From positions 1,426,001-1,490,000 of the forward strand of contig OZ237738.1 of assembly GCA_965178125.1 (NCBI GenBank): a stretch of 64,000 bases of DNA. Direction: 5' to 3'. Positions 12,267 to 25,600 of the stretch are shown here, one piece after another. The translations under genes and the position numbers were made by a program. Each line of letters opens with the position of its first letter. The stretch's first letter is position 1. The notes under the pieces are model-generated. The model was not told the origin of the DNA, did not search any database, and saw only the letters and a program-made list of their open reading frames with translations. This DNA comes from Bilabrum cf. latius. Taxonomy: Eukaryota.

Positions 12267-14486
12267 ATGGCATCCATCTCAAGCAGCTTCAGCCAGGCAG
12301 TCGCATCGTACGAGCAACATGGCTCCAGCGTCGCTGCAAGCACCGGACCAGCTGCCACACTTCTGGACCGATTCTCGATCGTGGTATCGCCTGCCGACTC
12401 GCATTCGCCTCGATTCTCATGGTCCAAATGGCAGTCCAACCCTGTCAAAGTGCAGACTGCGGAGGGTGCCATCAAGCTGAAGTGCAAGGTAGACCTGCTC
12501 AGCGATGAACGAGCAACACTTCACGACAAGGTGGCACAGCTGCTGGCATTGCGCGGCATTGAGGCCGAGTCTGCCATTGATGTCAATGCAAGCTCGGAAG
12601 AATCAAGCAAGGCTGCTGGCAGTAGTACGTCTGCCAACATGCGATTCTTGGTTCGCTCGCTCACCACGGCGAACGATCCGGCGCAGAAGGTGATTGAGAT
12701 GTTCGGCTCTGTGTCAGCGACTGGGAATGCGATTGCTGCCAGAGACGTGATCTACTCGATGTCCAATGACGCGTACGGCAGGAACCGCAAGCTGGACAGC
12801 ATGAGCGAGCAGTCGTTCTTCGTGCTGGACGATGGCACGGTGAAGGTCAAGTCGCGGCCTGTTCGCACTGAGCTGGTCGGATCCATGGATGCCAGTGTGT
12901 ATGCTCGAGGTGTGCAGAGCGGGCTGTACAGCGAGGACTCGTTGGAGGCGCTGGTGGGGGCACCGACGGAAGTCGTTGCCAGCAGCGAGCCGGACTCGTC
13001 AATCTCCGACGAGGTGCCTGTGGAGCTCGTGGGAGTCCAAGGCGGCGGGGCTGGTGCAGCCTCTGGTGGTGCGGCGAGTGGTGCAAGTACAGCTGACAAG
13101 ATGCGGGAAGCAGCAGGACTGCCGGGCAAGGTGCGTCTCGATCGGGATGAAGATGGCAACGCAATCGCCCGTCGGCTGCAGGCACGCTTCGCAGGTTCAT
13201 CACACCCTCACATGGCGCTCAACGCATCAAGCCAGGCGATGGCATGCGTGGAAGAGTGGGACGCAGTGACAGCAGCACGCGAAGCAGCACGAGCAGCGGA
13301 ACTAAGGACTAGGAGGACGAGGAGTGGACGTGTGTATGGCCATCCTGCGCCCATTCAATGCGCAGCGTCCGAGATAGTGTCGCTGGCCAAGGTGACCGGG
13401 GCGGTCGTTGGCGTTGATGCAGGCAAGCGCACCCGTGTGAGCGTGCACACGGAGCTGGTATGCCTGGTGGACACACCCTTCGGCAAGCAAGCGGCCATCA
13501 GGGCCAGCACGAAGAGCACGCCCAAAGACATCGTGGGCATGCTTGGCGACTGGCTCGGCGCATCTGACGCACAGTACATCCGCTGGGGCAGGCACACGAT
13601 GCATCGAGTGGCCTTGGATGAGAAAGCAGAGGAGCACCAGCTGGACCCGTCGAAGCTCCTAGGAGAGCAAGGGTGCTTCGGGGTGTGCCGGCTGCGGCTG
13701 GTGATGGATGTGTCCAGCAGCATGCAGATCTTCGTCAAGACATTGACCGGCAAGACCATCACGCTGCGGGTGCACCCATCGGAACGGGTCTGGACTGTCA
13801 AGCAGAAGATCCAGGAAAGAGCGGGGGTGCCTGCACACCAGCAGCGGCTGCAGTACGGGGGCAAGGAGCTGCACAACCCGGTTGGGCTAGTCCACTACCG
13901 CATCGAGAAGGAGAGCACGCTGCACCTGGTTGGAAGCTTGCGCGGCGGCATGCAGGTCTTTGTCAAGACGCTGACTGGTGCGACCATCACGCTTGAGCTG
14001 GAGAGGTCGGACACGATCGAGACTATGAAGGCATGGATCCAGGCCAAGGAGGGCATCCCCCCGGACCAGCAGCGGTTGATCTTTGCCGGGAAGCAGCTAG
14101 AGGACGGCCGCACGCTTGCGGACTACAACATCCAGCTGGAGAGCACTTGCCACCTGGTGCTGCGCCTGCGCGGCGGCATGCTGCACCCCTCCTCTGGCGG
14201 CGTCGGGCTGCGAGCAGACATCCGCAAGCGCTTCAACATTCCCGAGGACGAGAAGGAGTGCAGGAAGCTGGAAGGCTATGCCCTGGTCAATGCCTGGCGG
14301 GCCCAGCTGGAGGACAAGCTTGTCTTTGCCGAGGTGCATCTGCCGGGGCGGCAGGACCCGGTGCGGGTGGAGGTGGATCCGGGGATGACGCTGGAGGGAC
14401 TGCGGGATGCGGCGGTGAAGGCGGCTCGCGAGGAGGACGAGGAGGAGGATGAGGACGAGGACAAGGATGAGGTTAAGATGCTGTGA
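12267..14486 (+). CDS. Ubiquitin-domain fusion protein, paralog 1 (uncharacterised N-terminal region + 2 divergent ubiquitin units + C-terminal extension)
   Basis: Ubiquitin units start at 13722 ('[15 protein letters not shown]...GSLRGG') and 13950 ('...LVLRLRGG'), followed by 'MLHPSSGG...' and an acidic tail. Ends TGA. Confidence 0.9.
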   Translation: MASISSSFSQAVASYEQHGSSVAASTGPAATLLDRFSIVVSPADSHSPRFSWSKWQSNPVKVQTAEGAIKLKCKVDLLSDERATLHDKVAQLLALRGIEAESAIDVNASSEESSKAAGSSTSANMRFLVRSLTTANDPAQKVIEMFGSVSATGNAIAARDVIYSMSNDAYGRNRKLDSMSEQSFFVLDDGTVKVKSRPVRTELVGSMDASVYARGVQSGLYSEDSLEALVGAPTEVVASSEPDSSISDEVPVELVGVQGGGAGAASGGAASGASTADKMREAAGLPGKVRLDRDEDGNAIARRLQARFAGSSHPHMALNASSQAMACVEEWDAVTAAREAARAAELRTRRTRSGRVYGHPAPIQCAASEIVSLAKVTGAVVGVDAGKRTRVSVHTELVCLVDTPFGKQAAIRASTKSTPKDIVGMLGDWLGASDAQYIRWGRHTMHRVALDEKAEEHQLDPSKLLGEQGCFGVCRLRLVMDVSSSMQIFVKTLTGKTITLRVHPSERVWTVKQKIQERAGVPAHQQRLQYGGKELHNPVGLVHYRIEKESTLHLVGSLRGGMQVFVKTLTGATITLELERSDTIETMKAWIQAKEGIPPDQQRLIFAGKQLEDGRTLADYNIQLESTCHLVLRLRGGMLHPSSGGVGLRADIRKRFNIPEDEKECRKLEGYALVNAWRAQLEDKLVFAEVHLPGRQDPVRVEVDPGMTLEGLRDAAVKAAREEDEEEDEDEDKDEVKML

Positions 14487-14578
14487 TGAAATTCTCAACG
14501 CAGGTATGATTGCAGCAATGAATCGTTCAGGTTTCTGATTTGACGTTTGCCCCTGCCTGTCTAGTCTGCCTAGCCAGC

Positions 14579-14939
14579 GGAGGAGCTGCCCGAGCACCTG
14601 ACAGAGGGCATGCAGTTCCACTTCGCCAGCGAGTACAAGGACGTGTACGAGGTGGCCTTCGATCACGCGGAGCAGAGGCGCAGGGAGGCGGAGGGCAGGA
14701 CGGACGAGGAGGCCGTGGGAGGGGGAGGGGCCAAGGGGACGGACGGGCCGGAGCGGTGGGCGGCGGGGTGGTCTGGTGGTGAATCGAGGCTGCATGAGGA
14801 GAGCAGGCTGATCTGGTGTTGGTTTGAATGGCATTGGCTGGATTGATGTGGATGTCCAAGGATTGCACAGCACCGTGTCCATCCCATTTTCATCCCGTGT
14901 ACGGACCCGAAGCAAGTTCTTGTGTTGCTCGCACTTCCG
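14579..14939 (+). pseudogene. Duplicated 3' fragment of Lon (last ~80 codons + 3' UTR), copy 1
   Basis: About 99% identical to 11808-12168 ('EELPEHLTEGMQFHFASEY...'). The stop TGA has mutated to TGG, and the 5' part of the gene is absent. Confidence 0.92.
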
Positions 14940-14949
14940 TATTTTGAAG

Positions 14950-15528
14950 TTACAGAAATACAGAAATACATTGTTGGGTAAAGATTCCGTAAGCACCCAG
15001 ATGCACCGTCGCCTCCGAAGGGGTTTGGGTGATCACCTAGATCCAGGAGAGCCCTCAAACAAGGACTACAAGACCCCCGACCCTTTCAGGCCAAAGGCCC
15101 CCCGTTCTCAGCCTATGCCGCCGAGTTCCCATTCTTCGCCATCAGTGTGGTCCCCCACAGGCCCCAGCCTAAGTTGCGGGGGGGATCTGATATTTTGTGG
15201 ACTCAACTCAAAAGCGCACGCTATCACGAAGAAACATCTGGAACGAGGGCCCGGGACCTACCAGACTTCACGCTTCAGCTGCAATGGCCTAAACCACCTA
15301 AGCTCCACCCTGGGGACCCATTTCCCCTTGGGGAGCGTCAGCATTCCCGTTCCCTCCGGCGCCCGCTGCCGGCACCCCGTCCTGCTTCCCGTTCTGAGCC
15401 AACCCTGCCTTGACGTTGGCGATCGCCACGGCGAGGTTGTTGTTTTCGGCTGCCCCTACAGCCAGGCTGGCAAAGTCCTCCCGGACCGCCCTTGCGAGCG
15501 CCCGTTTGGCCTTCGCTGCAGCCTGAGT
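14950..15528 (-). mobile_element. Short retroelement-like insert sharing its 3' end with the 18408-20016 element
   Basis: The terminal ~215 bp are ~90% identical to 18408-18620, including a (TGTATTTC)n-type tail on the minus strand. The remaining ~360 bp are unrelated to that element and look coding on the minus strand ('EDFASLAVGAAENNNLAVAIANVKAG...'). Confidence 0.55.
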
Positions 15529-15686
15529 TGCTTCACTGGTCAGTAACGTGTGGTTTTAGAGGCGAGCACGGTCTCGGTCTAGAGCCCAGCGATACCAGAC
15601 TCCGTTCGAGTAGGGCCTCAATCAGCCGTCTGAATTCAACATAGCCAGGGCAATTGAGTAGAGTCCGGAGAGTCTCTCTGTTAGAT

Positions 15687-17882
<2,196 letters not shown>

Positions 17883-18008
17883 GGACGAGGATGAGGATGA
17901 GGTTAAGATGCTATGATGGCACACTCAACGCAGGTATGATTGCAGCAATGAATCGTTCAGGTTTCTGATTTGACGTTTGCCCCTGCCTGTCTAGTCTGCC
18001 TAGCCAGC

Positions 18009-18370
18009 GGAGGAGCTGCCCGAGCACCTGACAGAGGGCATGCAGTTCCACTTCGCCAGCGAGTACAAGGACGTGTACGAGGTGGCCTTCGATCACGCGG
18101 AGCAGAGGCGCAGGGAGGCGGAGGGCAGGGCGGACAAGGAGGCCGTGGGAGGGGGAGGGGCCAAGGGGACGGACGGGCCGGAGCGGTGGGCGGCGGGGTG
18201 GTCTGGTGGTGGATCGAGGCTGCATGAAGAGAGCAGGCTGATCTGATGTTGGTTTGAATGGCATTGGCTGGATTGATGTGGATGTCCAAGGATTGCACAG
18301 CACCGTGTCCATCCCATTTTCATCCCGTGTACCGACCCGAAGCAAGTTCTTGTGTTGCTCGCATTTCCGG
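18009..18370 (+). pseudogene. Duplicated 3' fragment of Lon, copy 2
   Basis: About 99% identical to 11808-12168. Confidence 0.92.
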
Positions 18371-18407
18371 AATTGTCTACCAGAATAGAGCCACTTCCGG
18401 AATTGTC

Positions 18408-20016
18408 TTACAGAAATACAGAAATACATTGTTGGGTAAAGATTCCACAAGCACCCAGATGCACCGTTGCCCCCGAAGGAGTTCGAGTGATCACCTGAAT
18501 CCAGAGGAGTCCTCAAACAAGGACTACAAGACCCCCGACCCTTTCAGGCCAAAGGCCCCCCAATCTCAGCCTACACCGCCGAGTCCCCTTTATTCGCCAT
18601 CAATGTGGTCCCCCACAAGCCCTCAGCCTGATGCCTTCACAGGGAGAAAGCATACAGGTGCGGAGCATGTGCCCGGCACAAAGCGCGGTCCAGTCCCACA
18701 TCAGGGTCCCCTGCCGGGACCCACCATTTCCTCCTCCATGACCGTCTCTGCGTCTCACGGTCCTTCAGAGAGGCTAGCATGCACGCGCTCATGCCTTTGG
18801 CCCATTGCCTCTCTATGTCCCTTAGCAAGCCGTGGGGCTTAAACATCCGTCGCTGTAGCCGAGCGTTCGCATTGGTTGCCGCTATCAGCTCTTGCGTGGC
18901 CGTGGCGGCAAGAGCAGCCGCCGCATCGCCTCGCATCCACTGCCTGCACGTCAGCTACTCCTGCTAGCGCAGCTGGTTCCTGATCACCTGCACCACTCGG
19001 TTGGCCAGCTCCTTGACAGCTGTCCGTTCCGATGACCGCGCAATCGTACGCTCTATCCGAGTGAGTGCGTCTTCGACGATTGGCTTGGCCCTGCTGGTGC
19101 GCTCCAGCTTCTCGTCCCAAGGGTCCTGAGCGAGAGCTGTCTTCGCCCATGCTTTCCGGAGAGAGGCAGGGGACCTCCCTCTATTCTGATCCGCATCATC
19201 GGGTTGCCACGGTCTCGTTCCGGCATGATGGTCATGCTCGGCCCGCTCCATCTGCTCTACCGCGGTGCCCATCACTTGAAGGTTGGGCGTGCCCTGTTGC
19301 GGGTATTGTCCAGCTCGGATGCGCAGAATTCGTCTTCCTTGGTGGCCGTATTCCTGCACCACCGCTGCTGTTGGCATGGCTCCTGGTCCGAAGGCATACC
19401 GTCCCTTCGTTGCGTACCGGTTAAGCATGACCACTCCGAGCGCGGCTCTCTCCCGGTCCCAATCCGACAGTGCCGGATCGTGCGAGCATCCCAGGCTCAG
19501 GCTTGTGAACGATCGGTCAGCAGCTCCGGATTTGGATTTCCTCCACTTTGTGACTGTTTTTGCAGTCTCCTGGCATCCCAGCCAGTCCTTCGCGTCATCG
19601 ATCCGTTGGGTCCACCCTGCCATCTTGATCCTGAATCCCAGTGCCAGCGCGGCCCCGAGTGGGCCTGTCTGTACTGGTGGTCCCTGCAGGAATCGGCCCT
19701 GGTGGATGAACCTGGCCGCAACATCAAGGCCCTTCTTCGAGGGACACTCGATCAGGTCCAGCAGGCCCATAGCAACACGCCCTGCTGCCGATGCCGTCAG
19801 CAGCTCAGTGTCCATCGCAAGGTTTGGCACGTATCGACCGCCCATGGTGAAGGGCCTTACCTGTGTCGATCCGCTGACAATCATCCAGCGCGTATCCAGC
19901 AGGAATTTGTCCAGCATCTTGAGGACTTCCAGGTTCAGTTCCATCCCGTAGAAAACTTGGGAACCATATCCTAATCCTGACAAGGTGTCCCATCCTGTTG
20001 CACATGCCGCTGCCTC
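18408..20016 (-). mobile_element. Probable 5'-truncated non-LTR retrotransposon (LINE-like) fragment
   Basis: The minus-strand frame is open from ~20016 to TGA 18637 through two TAGs (joining ORFs 18964..19983 and 18637..18936). It begins with 'WDTLSGLGYGSQVF...LKMLDKFL...RWMIVSG', which resembles the YG thumb motif that follows non-LTR reverse transcriptase. The 3' UTR ends in a short tandem tail. Codon usage is less GC-biased than in host genes. No RT core is present. Confidence 0.6.
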
Positions 20017-20186
20017 TGCTTCACTGGTCAGTAACGTGTGGTTTTAGAGGCGAGCACGGTCTACTGTACGGTCTCGGTCTAGAGCCCAGCGATACCAGAC
20101 TCCGTACGAATAGTGCCTCAATCGGCCGGCTGAATTCAACATAGCCAGGGCAATTGCGTAGAGTCCGGAGAGTCTCTCTGTTATAT

Positions 20187-22346
20187 ATGGCATCCATCTC
20201 AAGCAGCTTCAGCCAGGCAGTCGCATCGTACGAGCAACATGGCTCCAGCGTCGCTGCAAGCACCGGACCAGCTGCCACACTTCTGGACCGATTCTCGATC
20301 GTGGTGTCGCCTGCCGACTCGCATTCGCCTCGATTCTCATGGTCCAAATGGCAAGCCAACCCTGTCAAAGTGCAGACCGCGGAGGGTGCCATCAAGCTGA
20401 AGTGCAAGGTCGACCTGCTCAGCGATGAACGAGCAACACTTCACGACAAGGTGGCACAGCTGCTGGCATTGCGCGGCATTGCGGCCGAGTCTGCCATTGA
20501 TGTCAATGCAAGCTCGGAAGAATCAAGCAAGGCCGCTAGCAGTAGCCCGACAACTGATGAGCTCCGATTCTCGATCCGCTCGCTCACCACGGCGCACGAT
20601 CCGGCGCAGAAGGTGATTGAGATGTTCGGCTCTGTGTCAGCGACTGGGAATGCTATCAATACAAAGGATGTGATCTACTCGATGTCCAATTATGCATCTG
20701 GCAGAAACCGCGACCTGGACAACATGAGCGAGCAGTCGTTCTTCGTGCTTGACGATGGCACGGTGAAGGTCAAGTCGCGGCCTGTTCGCACCGAGCTGGT
20801 CGGATCCATGGATGCCAGTGTGTATGCTCGAGGTTTGCAGAGCGGGCTGTACAGCGAGGACTCGTTGGAGGCGCTGGTGGGGGCACCGACGGAAGTCGTT
20901 GCCAGCAGCGAGCCGGACTCGTCAATCTCCGACGAGGTGCCTGTGGAGCTCGTGGGAGTCCAAGGCGGCGGGGCTGGTGCAGCCTCTGGTGGTGCGGCGA
21001 GTGGTGCAAGTACAGCTGACAAGATGCGGGAAGCAGCGGGACTGCCGGGCAAGTTGCGCCTCGATCGGGATGAAGATGGCAACGCGATCGCCCGTCGGCT
21101 GCAGGCACGCTTCGCAGGTTCATCACACCCTCACATGGCGCTCAACGCATCCCGCCAGGCGACGGCATGCGTGGAGGAGTGGGGCACAGTAGCAACGGCA
21201 CATGCGGCTGCGGCGTGTACTGCGGTACAAGATCGGTATAAAGGCCTGTCGATGCCTTTAGCGGCAGAGTCGCTGGCCAAGGTAACCGGGGTGGTCGTTG
21301 GCGTTGATGCTGGCAAGCGCACCCGTGTGCGCGTGCACACTGAGCTGCTGTGCCTGGTGGACACACCCTTCGGCAAGCAAGCGGCCATCAGGACAAGCAC
21401 GAAGAGCACGCCCAAAGACATCGTGGGCATGCTTGGCGACTGGCTCGGCGCATCTGACGCACAGTACATCCGCCGGGGCAGTCACACAATGCATCGAGTG
21501 TCCTTGGATGACAAAGCAGAGGAGCACCAACTGGACCCGTCGAAGCTCCTAGGGGAGCAAGGGTGCTTCGGGGTGTGCCGGCTGCGGCTGGTGATGGATG
21601 TGTCCAGCAGCATGCAGATCTTCGTCAAATCCCTCAACAACAAGACCATAACTCTACGGGTCAACCCATCTGATACAGTAGACAGTGTTCATGGTAAGAT
21701 CGCGGAGAGAGGGGGTGTGGGCCGCTGGTTGCGGCTGCAGTACGGGGGCAAGCATCTGTCAGGGTGGGACAAGCTGGCGGACTACAACATCCACAAGGAA
21801 AGCACGCTGCACCTGCTGGGGAGCTTGCGCGGTGGCATGCAGATGTTCGTCAGGACGTTGACTGGCAAGGGCATCACAATTTGGGCAGAGCCAGCGGACG
21901 CAATCGGGGATGTTAAACAGAAGATCCAGGACAAGGAGGGCATCCCCCCGGACCAGCAGCGGTTACTCTTCGCCGGGCTGCAGCTCGAGGATGACCTCTT
22001 GCTGGCGGACTACAACATCCAGAAGGAGAGCACTTTACACCTGGTGCTGCGCCTGCGCGGCGGCATGCTGCACCCCTCCTCTGGCGGCGTCGGGCTGCGG
22101 GCAGACATCCGCAAGCGCTTCAACATTCCCGAGGACGAGGAGGAGTGCAGGAAGCTGGAAGGCTATGCCCTGGTCAATGCCTGGCGGGCCCAGCTGGAGG
22201 ACAAGCTTGTCTTCGCCAAGGTGCATCTGCCGGGGAGGCAGGACCCGGTGCGGGTGGAGGTGGATCCGGGGATGACGCTGGAGGGACTGCGGGATGCGGC
22301 GGTGGAGGTGGCTCGCGAGGAGGATGAGGATGGTGATGGTCTGTGA
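20187..22346 (+). CDS. Ubiquitin-domain fusion protein, paralog 3
   Basis: Same architecture as paralogs 1 and 2. The ubiquitin units at 21612 and 21837 both differ strongly from those paralogs. Ends TGA. Confidence 0.9.
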   Translation: MASISSSFSQAVASYEQHGSSVAASTGPAATLLDRFSIVVSPADSHSPRFSWSKWQANPVKVQTAEGAIKLKCKVDLLSDERATLHDKVAQLLALRGIAAESAIDVNASSEESSKAASSSPTTDELRFSIRSLTTAHDPAQKVIEMFGSVSATGNAINTKDVIYSMSNYASGRNRDLDNMSEQSFFVLDDGTVKVKSRPVRTELVGSMDASVYARGLQSGLYSEDSLEALVGAPTEVVASSEPDSSISDEVPVELVGVQGGGAGAASGGAASGASTADKMREAAGLPGKLRLDRDEDGNAIARRLQARFAGSSHPHMALNASRQATACVEEWGTVATAHAAAACTAVQDRYKGLSMPLAAESLAKVTGVVVGVDAGKRTRVRVHTELLCLVDTPFGKQAAIRTSTKSTPKDIVGMLGDWLGASDAQYIRRGSHTMHRVSLDDKAEEHQLDPSKLLGEQGCFGVCRLRLVMDVSSSMQIFVKSLNNKTITLRVNPSDTVDSVHGKIAERGGVGRWLRLQYGGKHLSGWDKLADYNIHKESTLHLLGSLRGGMQMFVRTLTGKGITIWAEPADAIGDVKQKIQDKEGIPPDQQRLLFAGLQLEDDLLLADYNIQKESTLHLVLRLRGGMLHPSSGGVGLRADIRKRFNIPEDEEECRKLEGYALVNAWRAQLEDKLVFAKVHLPGRQDPVRVEVDPGMTLEGLRDAAVEVAREEDEDGDGL

Positions 22347-22642
22347 GCAGTAGTCTTAATCATAGGTTATATAATTTACCAACGAATTGAGGAGAAGAAG
22401 ATGCCGCTTATTTTTTCCCGCAGTGCGGCGCCTCGACCTGCTGGTATAAGTGCACGCTACCAAATATCGATTTGGCCGTTGAGACAAGGAGGTGCGCGAA
22501 CTCAATCGCGAGCGCAGTTGGAGCTTAATTGCTTGTTAAAGCTTGGTTTCATATCAATAGATTACCACGGCCTCGATTTGCTTGCTTGTTGTTGCGCGGC
22601 GAGACCTGACGATCGTTCCGATCGGTTGATAGCAGTTGCAGT

Positions 22643-25600
22643 ATGTCGTCTGCACCAGAGCAAACCCTCGCCCTCGTGAAGCCGGATGCGTGCGGGAGAC
22701 CATGGATCCAAAAAATCATGAAGAAGGTTGAGGAAGAAACGGAAGACGGGGAGACGGTGGAAAAATGGGTCGAAACGGAGGAGGAGAGAGCGCGGGACAA
22801 GGCTGCGCTGATCCAGCAGCGGATTCGGGACGAAGGCTTCCGCATCGTGAAATAGCAAACCATGCGGCTGACAAAGGCACAGGCAGAAGAATTTTATCGA
22901 GAGCACAGGGGCAAGCCGTTCTACGAAGGCCTGACATCGTTCATGAGCAGCGGCTCCCTGCTCGCCATGGTGCTTGAAAAGCCGGGGGCCATCAAGGCCT
23001 GGCGGGCGCTCATGGGCCCCACCAACACCTTCAAGGCGTAGGAATTTGCAGCGGACCAGAACCCCTTGGACGAGAGCAAGTGGCCCCTGCGAGCACTCTT
23101 CGGAACCGACGGCACTAGGAACGCCACGCACGGCAGCGACAGCGCCTACTCGTCCCTGCGCGAGCGAACCTTCTATTTCCCGGAACCCAGGCGCTGGCAG
23201 CGCAGTGTGCTGTATCTGCTTCCCTCGATCGCCAAGGACGAGGCCGCCGTGGATCGCGCCGTGGAGCTGCTCGCCCACCGCGAGTTCGTGGTGGTCGCAA
23301 GGCGAGCATTCTCCTCCCGAGCAGGTGCTCCGGAAACCTCCCTCTTCGCGGAGCACGGAGACGTCGCGAGGGCGGCGGCGCACGAGGGCGACGGCCAGTG
23401 CGTGGCACTGGTGCTGGAGCGGGCCGGTGCCCTCACCCAGCTTAGGCTGGTGGCAGGCCCCACGGAGGGCAGGGAGACAGCGCTGGACAAGGCGCCGGAC
23501 TCGCTCAACGCGCTCCTCACAGAGGGCATGGGCGACGGTGCCGTGGCGGCGCTGGCGGCAGAGACCGAGGCCGCCGTCGCCCGCGCCGTGGACGTTTTGT
23601 TCGGCGGAGAGCTGGAGGCCGAGCTGACCCTGGGCGTGATCAAGCCGGGCACTGCGGATGACCCCGCCGCCGTCAAGGGCATCGTCAAGTCCATCCGTGA
23701 GGCAGGCTTCCAGATAGTGGCGCAGCGACGGGCCAACGTGAGCAAGGAGCAGGCGGAGGAATTCTACGCAGAGCACAAGGGGCGGTTCTTCTTCGAGGGG
23801 CTGACCGCGTACATGAGCAGCGCGCCCGTGCAGGCCTTCGTGCTCAGCAAGCCGGGTGCCATCAAGGCCTGGCGGGCGCTCATGGGCCCCACCAACACCT
23901 TCAAGGCAAGGGAGGAAGCACCCGATTCCCTGCGGGCCAGGTTCGGCGTGGACGGCACCAGGAATGCCACGCACGGCAGCGACAGCCCTGCGTCTGCCGC
24001 CCGCGAGATCCGCTTCTACTTTCCCTCCTTTGGCCTTGACCCCGTGCCCACCGGGCCCGCGGCTCGGGCGGCGCTGGTGGAGGAGCGAGTGGCCGACCTG
24101 TTCTCTCCCGCGGCGGGGAAGCCCGTCCCCGCCAGCCTCTCAGTTGTCCTGGTGCGCGCGCTGACTGCGCTGGCCAAGGCCAAGCCGGGCAAGGGCGCGG
24201 ATGCAGCGAGGTTCCTCGGGCGGTGGCTGCTGGAGAACAACCCGAGGTCCGGCGTGGTGGGGTCGATCAGTGCCGGCGGTGCGGCGGGCACGGGGCAGGG
24301 CGAGGGCAAGGAGGAAGAGGAGGGTAAGGTCGACGACGAGGAGGGACAGGGACAGGGCCCCGCGTCCGGGGCCGGCTCGGACGACTCCGGGCCTCAGGTG
24401 GAGGAGCTTTCCACCACTGTGCACGTGGGTGGAGCGGGCGGGGAGGAGTCCATGCCTCTGCCGGACAACTTGAACGTGGTGTTCGTGCTGGGCCCCCCTG
24501 GGGCGGGCAAGGGCACCCAGTGCGCTAGGATCAGGGAGAGGTTCGGGTTTACCCACCTGAGCACCGGCGACCTGCTGCGGGCCGAAGTTGCGTCGGGGTC
24601 TTCTTTGGGCCATGAGCTCAAGTCCGTCATGGAGAGCGGTCAGCTGGTGTCGGACGAGCTGGTGCTCAGGCTGCTGAGAGGGGCCATGGCCAGGGACGGT
24701 GGCAGGAAGTTCCTCGTGGACGGCTTCCCGCGGGCCATGCAGCAGGCCCTTGATTTCGAGAAGCACGTGTGCAAGCCACGGATGGTGCTGGCCTACACGG
24801 CCAACGAAGACGCCCTGGTGAAGCGGCTGGTGGAGAGGGGCAGGGCCAGCGGCCGTGCCGACGACAACGAGGAGACCATCCGGAAACGCATGGCCACGTA
24901 CCACGCTCAGAGCGCAGACGTGATCGAGTTCTACAAGAGGCAGGGAGCCGTCAAGCTCGTGGACTCGGACGGGCTGGGCCCCGACGAGGTCTTTGAGCAG
25001 GGCACTGTGCCCTGCTTCAAGCCCAAGGTGGTGTTCGTGCTGGGCGGGCCGGGCGCGGGCAAGTCCACTGTGAGCGAGGCTCTCGAGGCGCAGATGGGGT
25101 ACCAGCGAGTGAGCACGCGGGACCTCATCGAGAGGGAAATCCAGTCGGGTTCCACGCTGGGACAGCAGCTGCAGGAGAAGGTGGACCGCGGCGAGCCCGC
25201 GGACACTGAGAGCGTGCTGCAGCTGCTGGAGGAGGCGGTGCACAGGGATCCCAAGGGGACGGGCCGCTTCGCCATCGACGGGTTCCCGAGGAGCAAGGAC
25301 CAGGCCATCGCCTTCGAGAAGAGGGTCGGCGCCCCCCAGATGGCGGTGCACGTCAAGTGCTCGGACGCCACCATGCAGGCGCGGTACAGGCCGCACGCGG
25401 ACGCGCGTGTCCGCAGGATCCTCAAGAGGACGGGCGGGGAGCTGCCCGAGGAGCTGGCTACCATGGTGGCAGAGCTGGAGGCAGCCGCCTCCAAGGGCAG
25501 CAAGAAGAAGACAGCGGCTGCAGCGGCAGCCGGCGCCAAGTCTGCCAAGGCGGCCAAGCACGAGCTGGCGCGCAAGCAGCTCAAGATTCGGCAGAGGGCC

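Noticed and set aside
14610-14846. Small standalone genes 'MQFHFASEY...' (also 18040..18246)
   Set aside because: They are fragments of the duplicated Lon 3' end that start at an internal Met.
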